Positions 25,526 to 34,391 of a stretch of 64,000 nucleotides of DNA are shown here, piece by piece. Every line of letters begins with the position of its first letter. The first letter of the stretch is position 1. The notes beneath the pieces were generated by a model that was given only the letters and a program-made list of their open reading frames with translations, was not told the DNA's origin and searched no databases. This DNA comes from Candidatus Competibacter sp. (lineage in GTDB: Bacteria; Pseudomonadota; Gammaproteobacteria; Competibacterales; Competibacteraceae). The stretch is from assembly GCA_035441325.1 (NCBI GenBank), contig DAOROA010000010.1:7582-71581 (forward strand), in the 5' to 3' direction. Position numbers and translations under genes: made by a program.

Positions 25526-27844
25526 TTAACCGGCGGGTCGTTCGACCAAGGGCGCAACCTCCCGCATCTTGCGCTTGATCTCTTCGGTCACCTGATCCGC
25601 TTCTTGAGTGTTTTGCACCACTCGCGGCGTGATCAGCACGATCAGCTCGGTGCGATCCATGTTTTCGGACGTATTGCCGAACAAAGCACCCAGCACCGGA
25701 ATTTTATACAGCACTGGAACCCCACCTTGCGAATCGGTGCGATTATCTCGAATCAAGCCACCCAGCACCAATGTCTGACCGTTTTTAACGGCCACTTTGC
25801 TGGTCACGCTGCGCTGCAAAAACGAGCGTTGGCCGGTAGCCGAATCGACTGTTCCCACATCGATCACCTCCTGTTTGACTTCCATGTTCACCATGCCGCC
25901 GGAATTGACTCGCGGCAACACCTCCAACAACACGCCGGTATCCTTATAAGCGTAAGAGTTGACCACATTGTCGCTCACGATAGTCTGTTGGCCCGAGATC
26001 GGTTGCTGGGTGCCAACGCGAATCACCGCCTGCTGGTTGTCCACCACCATGACTTGCGGCGAGGACAATACCTTAACTTTAGAGTCGCTGGCCAAGGTAT
26101 TCAGCAAAGCGCGTACCAGCCCCCCACGATCCGTTATCGCGTAGGAAAAGGCATTCGCGGCTTGCCCGTCGAGCACCTTGTTTATCGTAAGGTTGTTCGC
26201 TTCGATTCCCAGCGAGCCGGTGCCCTTATTACCGATATCGCTGCCGACATCGTTGTTAAAAAACCACTGTAGTCCATACTCCAGCTTACCGGTCAGAGTC
26301 ACCTCGGCGATGGTGGCCTCGATCAACACTTGACGGGGCGCGACATCCATTTGTTGCAGCGTGCCGATAATCCGCTCGTAATTCTGGTTGGTGGCCCAAA
26401 TCAGCAAGGAGTTGTTTTCGGTGTCGGCCACGATGCGCACTTCCTCCATGCCCGCGCTCGGTCCGCCGGAGCCTAGAGCGCTGCCGCCACCGCTCGACGT
26501 TCCACCTCCTCGCCCACCCGAACGGGTGCCGCCGGCCGATGTAAAGCTGCCCGTAGAAGATTTGCCCGACGCGGACGAACCAGCAGCCGTTGTCGTGCTC
26601 CCCGACAGCGACGACGACCCACTGCCTAGCCCGGAACTGGAACCGCCCGACAAGCTGCTGCTCGTCCCCAATCCGCCGCTCGTCCCCAGTCCACCAGACG
26701 ACAATTGCCCCGACTTCAAGCCGGGAGCCAGTTCGCCACCCCGTCCGCCACCGCTCCCGCCACCCAGGTTAAACAACCCGTTGAGCAGCTCGGCGACGTA
26801 ATCGGCCCGGCTATTCTGCACTTGGTAGACGTACAAACGTTCACCCCCGACGCCATCCAGTCGCTCGATCCAGACGGCTACTTCTTTGAGGTATTCCGCC
26901 TGCGGCGTCACCACCAGCACGGCGTTCAGTTTGCTCAGCGGCACAAACCGGAGCAACCCCGCAATCGGCGTCCCGGAACCTTCTCCCAGCAACTGGTTCA
27001 GATTGGTGGCCATCGCCTGACTGTCCACGTTGCGCAACCGGAACATGCCGATGGACATGCCTTTAAGCCAGTTCACGTCGAAGGTCTCGATGGTGCTTTG
27101 GACGCTGGCTAGTTCTTGCGGCGTACCGGCCAGAATCAACAGATTGCGAGAGGTATCCGCTCGCAGAACCCCCCCCTCGGGCAGAAACGGAACGATGATG
27201 GTTTGCATTTCGGCGGCGCTGACGTAACGCAGCGGTACGATCCGTACACCGTACCCCACTTTGCCATCCGCCAGACGCGGGATCAAATTGCCCTTCTGCA
27301 CGGCGCCGGCCGCCGGAATAATTCGATACAAACCACCCTCGTGGACGAGCACCGCGTTGCTCATCCGCAGTATCGTCTCCAGCGTCGGCAACAGTTGATC
27401 CCGCGCCAGCGGCCGGCTGGTTTGCACCGTTACCTCGCCCTGCACCTGCGGGTCGACCGTATAGTTTTCCTTGAGGGTTTCGAAAATCACCTTGGCCACG
27501 TCGCGGACGTCGGCGCCCTCGAAGTTGAGGGTCACCTCGCCCGGTGCGCTCCGGGCGACGGGAGCCGGTTTGGCAGCAGCGTGCTTGTTGTCGATGAAAT
27601 TGCCCGTACCCGGCAGGATCATCGGGGCTTTGGGCATTGCGGCGGCAGCCGCGCCCAAATCGGAACCGGCCGGCACGCTAGGTGATAGTGGTTTCGCACC
27701 CAAGCGCGGTAACCCGCCGACGGGTGGATTACCCGGCGTTTCCACGTTTTCCCGATCGCCTTCATCGGATGGCGTCGTCGCACAAGCGCTCAACATCAAT
27801 AACAATAATGTACCGGACGTCTTGGGAAACAAAGTTTTTCTCAT
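25526..27844 (-). CDS. gspD: type II secretion system secretin GspD (lipoprotein-type)
   Basis: ORF 25526..27964 trimmed to the ATG at 27842-27844 (MRKTLFPKTSGTLLLLMLSAC...). N0-N3 domains and the secretin core (VLSSPQVMVVDNQQA...GGVPVLYKIPVLGALFG) are present. Confidence 0.9.
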   Translation of the reverse strand: MRKTLFPKTSGTLLLLMLSACATTPSDEGDRENVETPGNPPVGGLPRLGAKPLSPSVPAGSDLGAAAAAMPKAPMILPGTGNFIDNKHAAAKPAPVARSAPGEVTLNFEGADVRDVAKVIFETLKENYTVDPQVQGEVTVQTSRPLARDQLLPTLETILRMSNAVLVHEGGLYRIIPAAGAVQKGNLIPRLADGKVGYGVRIVPLRYVSAAEMQTIIVPFLPEGGVLRADTSRNLLILAGTPQELASVQSTIETFDVNWLKGMSIGMFRLRNVDSQAMATNLNQLLGEGSGTPIAGLLRFVPLSKLNAVLVVTPQAEYLKEVAVWIERLDGVGGERLYVYQVQNSRADYVAELLNGLFNLGGGSGGGRGGELAPGLKSGQLSSGGLGTSGGLGTSSSLSGGSSSGLGSGSSSLSGSTTTAAGSSASGKSSTGSFTSAGGTRSGGRGGGTSSGGGSALGSGGPSAGMEEVRIVADTENNSLLIWATNQNYERIIGTLQQMDVAPRQVLIEATIAEVTLTGKLEYGLQWFFNNDVGSDIGNKGTGSLGIEANNLTINKVLDGQAANAFSYAITDRGGLVRALLNTLASDSKVKVLSSPQVMVVDNQQAVIRVGTQQPISGQQTIVSDNVVNSYAYKDTGVLLEVLPRVNSGGMVNMEVKQEVIDVGTVDSATGQRSFLQRSVTSKVAVKNGQTLVLGGLIRDNRTDSQGGVPVLYKIPVLGALFGNTSENMDRTELIVLITPRVVQNTQEADQVTEEIKRKMREVAPLVERPAG

Positions 27845-27851
27845 GCATTCA

Positions 27852-28505
27852 TCATCCATCGTCTTGCTGCGGCGGCGGGGGAACCACCATCGCAGGCGGC
27901 AACGCATCGGGTTGTGACACCGGCGGTGTCCCGACCGGCGGTGGCGGTATCGCACCGCCGGCACCCTGCGCTGGCGGCTTGGCGCCAGCGCGTCCCGCGC
28001 GCGGCGCGGCCGGTTGCTTTGGGCGCACCAACACCAACTCCTGGGTTGACTCGCCCTTGCGCACTACGACCCGGTTGGGATAAATCGCCTCTAATTGCCA
28101 TTCTCCTACCGTTTCGCCGAGCCTGATCTGCACCGTTTTGGCGTTCGCTTCTTCGGGCCGCAAGAGTGCCACCTTGATGTTCGGCGCGATGACCACTCCG
28201 AGCAGCGTCAGTTTCTGCTCCGCCTTGACCACCGGCTTTTCCGGCGGCGCCTCCTCGGGAGGGGGAGGTGGTTCGGGCCGACGGGCAGCGACAAACAAGG
28301 GGCGGGCAATCACCTCGCCATATTGGTCCGGCGGCGACAACCGGAACCGCGCGGTCGGCGCCACTGCTGGCAGGTCGGGAGGCCGTTTCGTCGCAGCGGC
28401 CGTCGACGGTGGCCGCGGCGGATGCGTCAATTGCCAGAACACGATGGCAGCGGCCAATCCACCGGCCAATAACCACAGCAGCAAACTCGCAGCTCTGGCT
28501 GACAT
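27852..28505 (-). CDS. gspC: GspC-type inner-membrane T2SS component, XpsN-like (TM plus HR domain, Pro-rich tail, no PDZ)
   Basis: N-terminal TM LLLWLLAGGLAAAIVFW. HR-like block LTLLGVVIAPNIKVALLRPEEANAKTVQIRLGETVGEWQLEAIYPNRVVV. It sits immediately upstream of gspD, as xpsN does in Xanthomonas. Confidence 0.6.
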   Translation of the reverse strand: MSARAASLLLWLLAGGLAAAIVFWQLTHPPRPPSTAAATKRPPDLPAVAPTARFRLSPPDQYGEVIARPLFVAARRPEPPPPPEEAPPEKPVVKAEQKLTLLGVVIAPNIKVALLRPEEANAKTVQIRLGETVGEWQLEAIYPNRVVVRKGESTQELVLVRPKQPAAPRAGRAGAKPPAQGAGGAIPPPPVGTPPVSQPDALPPAMVVPPPPQQDDG

Positions 28506-29105
28506 TTAGCCGCCCTCCTTGCGCAAATAGCCCGATATCTCGAACTGAACGGTCAACTGAACCCGGCTGTAGTTCGCCAGTCGACCACTCGCGAGTCGAG
28601 GCCGGGTTTCCCGCGCCGTCACGTCTAGATTGTCCACGAACAGCAATGGGGTCTGCGCTTCGAGCTTGTACAGAATTTTTTGCAAGCTGTCGGTATCCCC
28701 CGTCATGGTCGCGCTGATCGTCACTTTCGTAGCGCCCCCTTCTTCAGCTGGCGGCAACGCCTGAGTGCTGCGCAAAGTTCCCCCGGCCGACTCGACTACT
28801 GCCTTGACCCGCTGTTGCAGTTCGGCAGCCGCCAATGGTGGCGCGGATTGATCCAGATACTGAGCGGCGGCGGCACGATCTTGTCGGATGCCGGTGATCA
28901 ATCGCTGGATCGATTCACGGCTCGCAGCCATTCGTTCCAACTGTTCCAAACGGCCTTGCTGCTGCTCCAGATGAGTCCGGTAATAGCGATAGCGATCGAT
29001 CCATAACCGATCCACCAGGACATAGAACGCTCCGCCCACGACCAGCACCAATAACGCCAAAGCCGCCAGACGGTGCCCCCAACCAACCGGTTTTGCAATG
29101 ACCAT
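28506..29105 (-). CDS. gspM: T2SS protein GspM
   Basis: A bitopic 199-aa protein (TM LAALALLVLVVGGAFYVL) with a periplasmic ferredoxin-like region, in the position between gspL and gspC/N. Its start overlaps the gspL stop. Confidence 0.7.
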   Translation of the reverse strand: MVIAKPVGWGHRLAALALLVLVVGGAFYVLVDRLWIDRYRYYRTHLEQQQGRLEQLERMAASRESIQRLITGIRQDRAAAAQYLDQSAPPLAAAELQQRVKAVVESAGGTLRSTQALPPAEEGGATKVTISATMTGDTDSLQKILYKLEAQTPLLFVDNLDVTARETRPRLASGRLANYSRVQLTVQFEISGYLRKEGG

Positions 29106-30193
29106 CAGAGTTCCTTGCCGATTCGAGCACCCAACACGAAACGCTCCTTGCCGGTTCGGGGATCGGTGGTCACCGGAGATGCGAATCCCGCGCCGTTGAA
29201 CAGCTTCGAAGATTCGACCGCGCCGACGAGCGCCGACGCCTTGGCGGATTGGCCGATGAGCTGCGCGGTATCGCCTTTGATCTGCAAACGCTCCAGCCAG
29301 GTATCGTCTGGAAGGATCGAGGTCAATTCTCGTAGCACGTCTACCCTAGTCGGTACAGTTTGTTTTTTCTGCGCCAGCATCCGGGAAGCTTCCAAGGTCC
29401 GATCAAGTTGGTCGCGCAAGGCCAAAGCCTGGTTTGCCGCCTGCTGGAGCCGGCTGGCTTTCGCCATCGTGCCGAGCACCAGCGCGCGCTGCTGCCAGAT
29501 CGGCAAGATCGCGGCGACCGCGACCAGCAGCAGCGTAGCGACGATCAAAACTCCTCGCAATCGTCGCACCCAAAGATCGCGATGCCCACGCTGTTCCGGT
29601 GGCAACAAATTGAGGCCGGGTCGACCGCCCGCTACCTCCAGCGCGTCCGGCTGCAAATCCCGCTGCCGCAACTGGGCCAACACCGGCTCCACCCCGGATC
29701 GCGGCACGGCGACCAGCTCGACCCGCAACCGACGCTGTTCGGGCTGCCGTTCCAAAACGGTCGCGTCGTAATAAACTTGGGCGGCGGCGAACGGCGTCAG
29801 ACGGTCCATTTCGAACCCCGCGACCTGGCGCAGGTTCTTTTCGGTGGCCGATGGCAGCGACAACGTTCGGATCAATGCCTGGCTGGTCGGAAAACGCAGC
29901 ACCAACTGGCAAGGTTTCTCGGCTTTGAACCATCCGGCTACCGCGTTCCAATCGGGCGCCAATCGATCAAGCCGTTCCAATTCCCGCGTCCGATCAGTTT
30001 CTTCGCACAGCAACACGCACTCGCGATCATCGACTGCGACGACCAACCGCCGCGACGCCCCTCCCAACCAGCGACGCAGCGATGCGGGCAACCATGCCAG
30101 CAAACCGTCCCGCCACCAATGCCAAATAGCGTCCCAGCGCCAGCGGGGAGCGATTCTCAATGCCTGCATGTGCGATAACATGACCGAAGCCAC
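29105..30193 (-). CDS. gspL: T2SS protein GspL (PilM/PilN-like)
   Basis: A cytoplasmic actin-like half, a LNLLPPEQR PilN-type junction, a single TM, then a periplasmic domain. The listed start is a GTG at 30191-30193. ATGs at 30181 and 30169 are alternatives. Confidence 0.7.
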   Translation of the reverse strand: MASVMLSHMQALRIAPRWRWDAIWHWWRDGLLAWLPASLRRWLGGASRRLVVAVDDRECVLLCEETDRTRELERLDRLAPDWNAVAGWFKAEKPCQLVLRFPTSQALIRTLSLPSATEKNLRQVAGFEMDRLTPFAAAQVYYDATVLERQPEQRRLRVELVAVPRSGVEPVLAQLRQRDLQPDALEVAGGRPGLNLLPPEQRGHRDLWVRRLRGVLIVATLLLVAVAAILPIWQQRALVLGTMAKASRLQQAANQALALRDQLDRTLEASRMLAQKKQTVPTRVDVLRELTSILPDDTWLERLQIKGDTAQLIGQSAKASALVGAVESSKLFNGAGFASPVTTDPRTGKERFVLGARIGKEL

Positions 30194-30238
30194 TCCATAA
30201 ACGCCGATTCTCGCTTCCCGATCCGCAATCGCATTAAT

Positions 30239-31150
30239 TCAGCGCCCCTCGCGCCAAGCCACTAACCGCAGATTTTGCCCGGAGAGCATACCTTGCACGT
30301 CGGCGACGGATTTCACGACCACGACCGTTCCAGTCTCCACCTCCGCCGCGACCGTTACATGATAAGTATTAGTGCGTCCTCCCAAAAAAAAGGCGTGGCC
30401 ATCGTTCCGTGGCAACGGCGGCGGCGGCGACCCGTCAGCGGCGGCACGAACACGGGCCGAGACGTAATCGGCAACGGTCCGTTCGTCCAACCCCAAAGCG
30501 CGCAACAACCCGGCGGGAGCCAGTTCGGGGTTCACCCCGACATGGTTCGAAAACGCGGTGACTCCATCGGCGATCCGCTCGTAAACTTCTCGCGTTACAC
30601 CTTCGATTTGCTGCAACTCTTCGATGCTCTCAAATCGGCCCTTCGTCGATCCCAGCCAGCCGCGCGCCATGCGCCCACCGGCTCGATGAACACCACCGGG
30701 CACCCCCTGCCGATCGGATTCGCGCCAATCTAAGACCGCTTCGACCAAGCGATCCAGCTCGTGCGAGCTTGCGCCCGTTCCCGCAAATAAAGCCTTCAAT
30801 AAATCCGGATCAGCGGTATTCAGGCTCACCAAACCGTTGGCGTTGGTGATCCGGATTTGCAGCCGGCCCCCACCAAAAGTCCATTCGTGGAGATCGCCGT
30901 TTGGCGGCCAATATTTCCGGCTCGCCTCTTGATCCAGTTGCCAAGCCAGGCCAAACGCCACGCCGGCTTCGGCCAATGCCCGAGCCCGGGCCCGTTCGAC
31001 CGCCCCGGTTGCTAACCGGGTCTCGACCCGCATCGAGTAAGCAAAGCCACCGGCCATCACTGCCAACAACGTGACGATCCATAGCACGATGATCAATACC
31101 ATGCCGCGTTGCGCACCTCGGTCGCGAGGATAGTTCGGAATATCGCTCAT
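30239..31150 (-). CDS. gspK: T2SS minor pseudopilin GspK
   Basis: ORF trimmed to the ATG at 31148-31150 (MSDIPNYPRDRGAQRGMVLIIVLWIVTLLAVMAGG...). ATGA overlap with the gspJ stop. SAM-like block GRFESIEELQQIEGVT. Confidence 0.85.
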   Translation of the reverse strand: MSDIPNYPRDRGAQRGMVLIIVLWIVTLLAVMAGGFAYSMRVETRLATGAVERARARALAEAGVAFGLAWQLDQEASRKYWPPNGDLHEWTFGGGRLQIRITNANGLVSLNTADPDLLKALFAGTGASSHELDRLVEAVLDWRESDRQGVPGGVHRAGGRMARGWLGSTKGRFESIEELQQIEGVTREVYERIADGVTAFSNHVGVNPELAPAGLLRALGLDERTVADYVSARVRAAADGSPPPPLPRNDGHAFFLGGRTNTYHVTVAAEVETGTVVVVKSVADVQGMLSGQNLRLVAWREGR

Positions 31151-31782
31151 CGCCTGCTGTCTTGCCAGGAGCCTTCGACCAAGGCGGCCACCAAATCGGG
31201 CCATATCTCCCCTCCCTGGGCCACGTTCAGGCGCACCAGCAATGGCCGCCGTTCGATGCTCGACCAATCGGAACGCCAGCGCGGTGGCTCCTTATCGTCG
31301 TCCCGCTCTGGGCCGAAATAGGCCCATTCTGCGGCGGACACGCCTTCCAGCAACACGGTCTCTCGCTCGTCGCCGGCTCGCGGATCGTCGGGCCGATAAA
31401 GCCGCCAACGCATCCACAACCGGCCGTCTCCGGTCCCGATCCGAATTCGGTACAGCCCGCCTTGGTTCAATTGGGTCAACATCGGAGCCACGAACTCGAC
31501 ACTGTCCGGCTGGCCCGCAAACACCACTGCCTTTTCCTGCTGGTCGTTAGTTTGATAAACGGTCATCGACTGTGCCAACTGGCGACGCAAAAACTCCTGA
31601 ACCAACCGCAGCCGGTTGGTCGTCTCGGCACGCCGTTCGCCGCTGTCCGAACCGTTCAACCCCAGTCGCAACCCGCCGTACAGCACCACCAAGATCAACC
31701 CCATCAAGGTGATAGCGATCAACAGCTCCAGCAGAGTGAATCCCGCTTGTCGTCGACTCGATCTGCGCATTTTCGAGACCAT
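31147..31782 (-). CDS. gspJ: T2SS minor pseudopilin GspJ
   Basis: ORF trimmed to the ATG at 31780-31782 (MVSKMRRSSRRQAGFTLLELLIAITLMG...), a prepilin G|FTLLE motif. ATGA overlap with the gspI stop. Confidence 0.8.
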   Translation of the reverse strand: MVSKMRRSSRRQAGFTLLELLIAITLMGLILVVLYGGLRLGLNGSDSGERRAETTNRLRLVQEFLRRQLAQSMTVYQTNDQQEKAVVFAGQPDSVEFVAPMLTQLNQGGLYRIRIGTGDGRLWMRWRLYRPDDPRAGDERETVLLEGVSAAEWAYFGPERDDDKEPPRWRSDWSSIERRPLLVRLNVAQGGEIWPDLVAALVEGSWQDSRR

Positions 31783-32195
31783 CAGCGCCGCCGGCCTGGC
31801 GGCTCGACCGGCGCCAAACGCAGCGTCTCCAGCATCACCGAGCGGGTTTGCGACAAACCGCTCCAAAATACTTCCACCCCGATCCGATAGGCCCGGACCC
31901 GGCTTTTTTCGGGGTCCGGCATTCCATCGCTGTAGAGACTGACCGTACTGCGCCAAGAAAATCGGTCGTTGATCGGGCCGGAATGGTTCCCTTCGTCGAG
32001 TGGAACTTCTCGGCCGATAGCGGCCAAAATCGATTCGGCGTACAAAGTCGCCCGGGTGTAATCATCGGCCGTACCCGCATTGCGCAGGCCGGTAGCGAAC
32101 ACCTGCAGCAAGACGCCCAACGAAATGCCGAGGATGGCGAAGGCCACGAGCACCTCTAGCAGGGAAAAACCGCTCTGGCGAAATCGCCCGATCAT
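31782..32195 (-). CDS. gspI: T2SS minor pseudopilin GspI
   Basis: ATG at 32193-32195 (MIGRFRQSGFSLLEVLVAFAILG...). ATGA overlap with the gspH stop. Confidence 0.8.
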   Translation of the reverse strand: MIGRFRQSGFSLLEVLVAFAILGISLGVLLQVFATGLRNAGTADDYTRATLYAESILAAIGREVPLDEGNHSGPINDRFSWRSTVSLYSDGMPDPEKSRVRAYRIGVEVFWSGLSQTRSVMLETLRLAPVEPPGRRR

Positions 32196-32668
32196 GGCTG
32201 CGCGTCCTGCTCGACGATAGCGATGGCGCCAGTCAACCAATCCACGTTCACCCGGTAGGCCAACTTTGCACCACTAACCGTGATGGCGCCGCCGGTGGAA
32301 CTGCCGTCCGGAAAAAACCGGATGTTGCCGGTCGCCTGATCGAGCAATTCCGACTGGGCGGTATAGAGGTGAAGCGCCAAACTCTCCGGCAGCGCGATTT
32401 CGCGCGGATCGCCGCTGACCGCGAAGCGGCGTCGAACCAAATCGAGGGTCAGCACCGCCTCCCGCTGGCGAGCGACTGCCTCGTTGCGCGCGAACCGCAA
32501 GCCGGCAGCCAGTTGCCGCGCTGCGCTGCGCAGTTCGGCGGCACCGCTCATGCCCGAGAGCAGCGGCGGCACCAAAGCGACCAGCAGCACGGCCATCACT
32601 AGCACCACCAATAGCTCCAGCAGGGTAAAGCCTTGCTGTTCCGTCCGCCTTGCGGCCACCCGGCTCAC
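32192..32668 (-). CDS. gspH: T2SS minor pseudopilin GspH
   Basis: GTG start. ...RRTEQQGFTLLELLVVLVMAVLL prepilin motif. Starts 9 nt after the gspG stop. Confidence 0.8.
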   Translation of the reverse strand: MSRVAARRTEQQGFTLLELLVVLVMAVLLVALVPPLLSGMSGAAELRSAARQLAAGLRFARNEAVARQREAVLTLDLVRRRFAVSGDPREIALPESLALHLYTAQSELLDQATGNIRFFPDGSSTGGAITVSGAKLAYRVNVDWLTGAIAIVEQDAQP

Positions 32669-32677
32669 CCGGCACGC

Positions 32678-33115
32678 TTACTGCCAGCTCACCACGTCCT
32701 GATTCTCGCCGTCGCCACCGTCGGCATTGTCGGCCCCCAGCGAGTACAGGTCGAAAGCCCCCCCGCTATGCTGGCCAGGCGCGCGATATTGGTAGTCGTT
32801 GCCCCACGGATCCTTTGGAATCAGGTTCTTGCGCAGATAAGGACCGTTCCAGCGACCGATGCCTCCCGGTTGCGCGACCAACGCCTGCAACCCTTCGCTC
32901 GTAGTGGGATAGCGCCCCACGTCGAGCCGGAACGCGTCGAGCGCGGTGCTGAAATCTTCGATTTGCAGCTTGGCGGTCTTGGTGTTGGCGCCGCCGAGAT
33001 ATTTCATCACCTGCGGTCCGACCAGCCCGGCCAAAAGACCGAGAATGACCAGCACGACCAGTAGTTCGATCAGGGTAAAGCCGCGCGAGCGGCGAACATC
33101 ATCTCGAAATTCCAT
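32678..33115 (-). CDS. gspG: T2SS major pseudopilin GspG
   Basis: MEFRDDVRRSRGFTLIELLVVLVILGLLAGLVGPQVMKYLGGANTKTAKLQIEDF...DPWGNDYQY is a canonical GspG sequence. Confidence 0.95.
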   Translation of the reverse strand: MEFRDDVRRSRGFTLIELLVVLVILGLLAGLVGPQVMKYLGGANTKTAKLQIEDFSTALDAFRLDVGRYPTTSEGLQALVAQPGGIGRWNGPYLRKNLIPKDPWGNDYQYRAPGQHSGGAFDLYSLGADNADGGDGENQDVVSWQ

Positions 33116-33169
33116 TCATTCGTACCTTAAAAAACGGAAAAATGGCGCGAGCGGCGATGGCAAGGCTCT

Positions 33170-34390
33170 TTAGAAAGCGAGTTCGTTCAGGCTGAGGATC
33201 GCCACCAAGATGGACATGATAATGCCGGCGACAACCACGCCAAGCCCAAGTATCAATACCGGCTCCAACAGCGTCAGCAACCGTTTGACGGCGGTCTGCA
33301 CCTCGCCGTCGTAGGTATCGGCAACCTGCAACAGCATCTCTTGCAACTGGCCGGTCTCTTCGCCGACCCGGATCATCTGCACCGCCAGCTTGGGAAAATT
33401 GCCCGTTTCCAGCAGCGGTTCGGCCAGTCCCCGGCCCGTCTTGGCGTGTTCGGCCACCTCACCCAACGCTCCGGCCAGGACTTGGTTGCTCAGGGTTTCT
33501 CGAACGATCATCAGCGCGTTTAGCAGCGACACGCCATTGCCGAGCAACGTTCCCAAGGTTCGGGACAACCGCGCGGTTTCAACCTTGGCGATCAGGTCGC
33601 CGAACAACGGCAACCGCAACAACCAGCGGTCCCAGCGAGCACGACTTGCCGGTCGGCTCATTTGTTGGCGCGCCGCCACGACGATCAATCCGACCACGAT
33701 CAATCCGGCCCACCAGTAATGCCTGAACCCCTCGCCGAGGGCGATCACGATTTGCGTCGCCAAAGGCAATGCCTTGCCGGCATCGGCAAACAGCCGCTGG
33801 AACTGCGGTACGACAAACGTCAATAAAATGATGACCGACAGCGCTGCCACCGAAAGCAAAATGATCGGGTAGATCAAAGCGGAAGTGACCGACTCCCGCA
33901 GCGCCTGCGATCGTTCCAAAAACTCGGTCAACCGCTTCAGTACGGTTTCCAGCGCGCCGCCTGCCTCGCCTGCACGAATCATGTTCAAGTAGAAGCGGGA
34001 AAATGTACCTTGCGCTTCCAAGGCGTCGGCCAGCGTCGAACCGCCGCGCACTTTTTCCTGTACCCGCTCCAGCAAAATTTTGCCCCGTTCGTCTTCGGCG
34101 ACCCCGATCAGGATGGTCAATGCCCGATCCAACGGCATCCCCGCCCCCAACAAACTAGCCAATTGCTGGGTCAACAAGGCGACAGCTTTGCGGGATAATG
34201 CCCGGCGTTTGCTGAACAACGGCTGACCGACGCCACCGCCCAACAAACCGCCCTTGGCTTCGTTCACGGATAGCGGCAACAAACCCCGATCGCGCAGGTG
34301 TTCGACGGCAACGTCCACCGATATGGCTTCCAGCTCGTCGCGCAGCACCTCGCCGGCGGCGTCCACCGCCTCGTAGCGATAGCGAGGCAC
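33170..34390 (-). CDS. gspF: T2SS inner-membrane platform protein GspF
   Basis: A duplicated GspF/PilC domain of 406 aa. GTG start 1 nt after the gspE stop. Confidence 0.95.
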   Translation of the reverse strand: MPRYRYEAVDAAGEVLRDELEAISVDVAVEHLRDRGLLPLSVNEAKGGLLGGGVGQPLFSKRRALSRKAVALLTQQLASLLGAGMPLDRALTILIGVAEDERGKILLERVQEKVRGGSTLADALEAQGTFSRFYLNMIRAGEAGGALETVLKRLTEFLERSQALRESVTSALIYPIILLSVAALSVIILLTFVVPQFQRLFADAGKALPLATQIVIALGEGFRHYWWAGLIVVGLIVVAARQQMSRPASRARWDRWLLRLPLFGDLIAKVETARLSRTLGTLLGNGVSLLNALMIVRETLSNQVLAGALGEVAEHAKTGRGLAEPLLETGNFPKLAVQMIRVGEETGQLQEMLLQVADTYDGEVQTAVKRLLTLLEPVLILGLGVVVAGIIMSILVAILSLNELAF

Positions 34391-34391
34391 G

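Noticed and set aside
31783-31956. Long N-terminal extensions of gspJ (and similarly of gspI, gspK, gspD, rfbC and glmS) in the ORF track
   Set aside because: The extensions overlap the preceding gene. Internal ATGs give canonical N-termini (a prepilin G|FTLLE leader, a lipobox, or MCGIVG) and form ATGA/TGATG couplings with the upstream stop codons.
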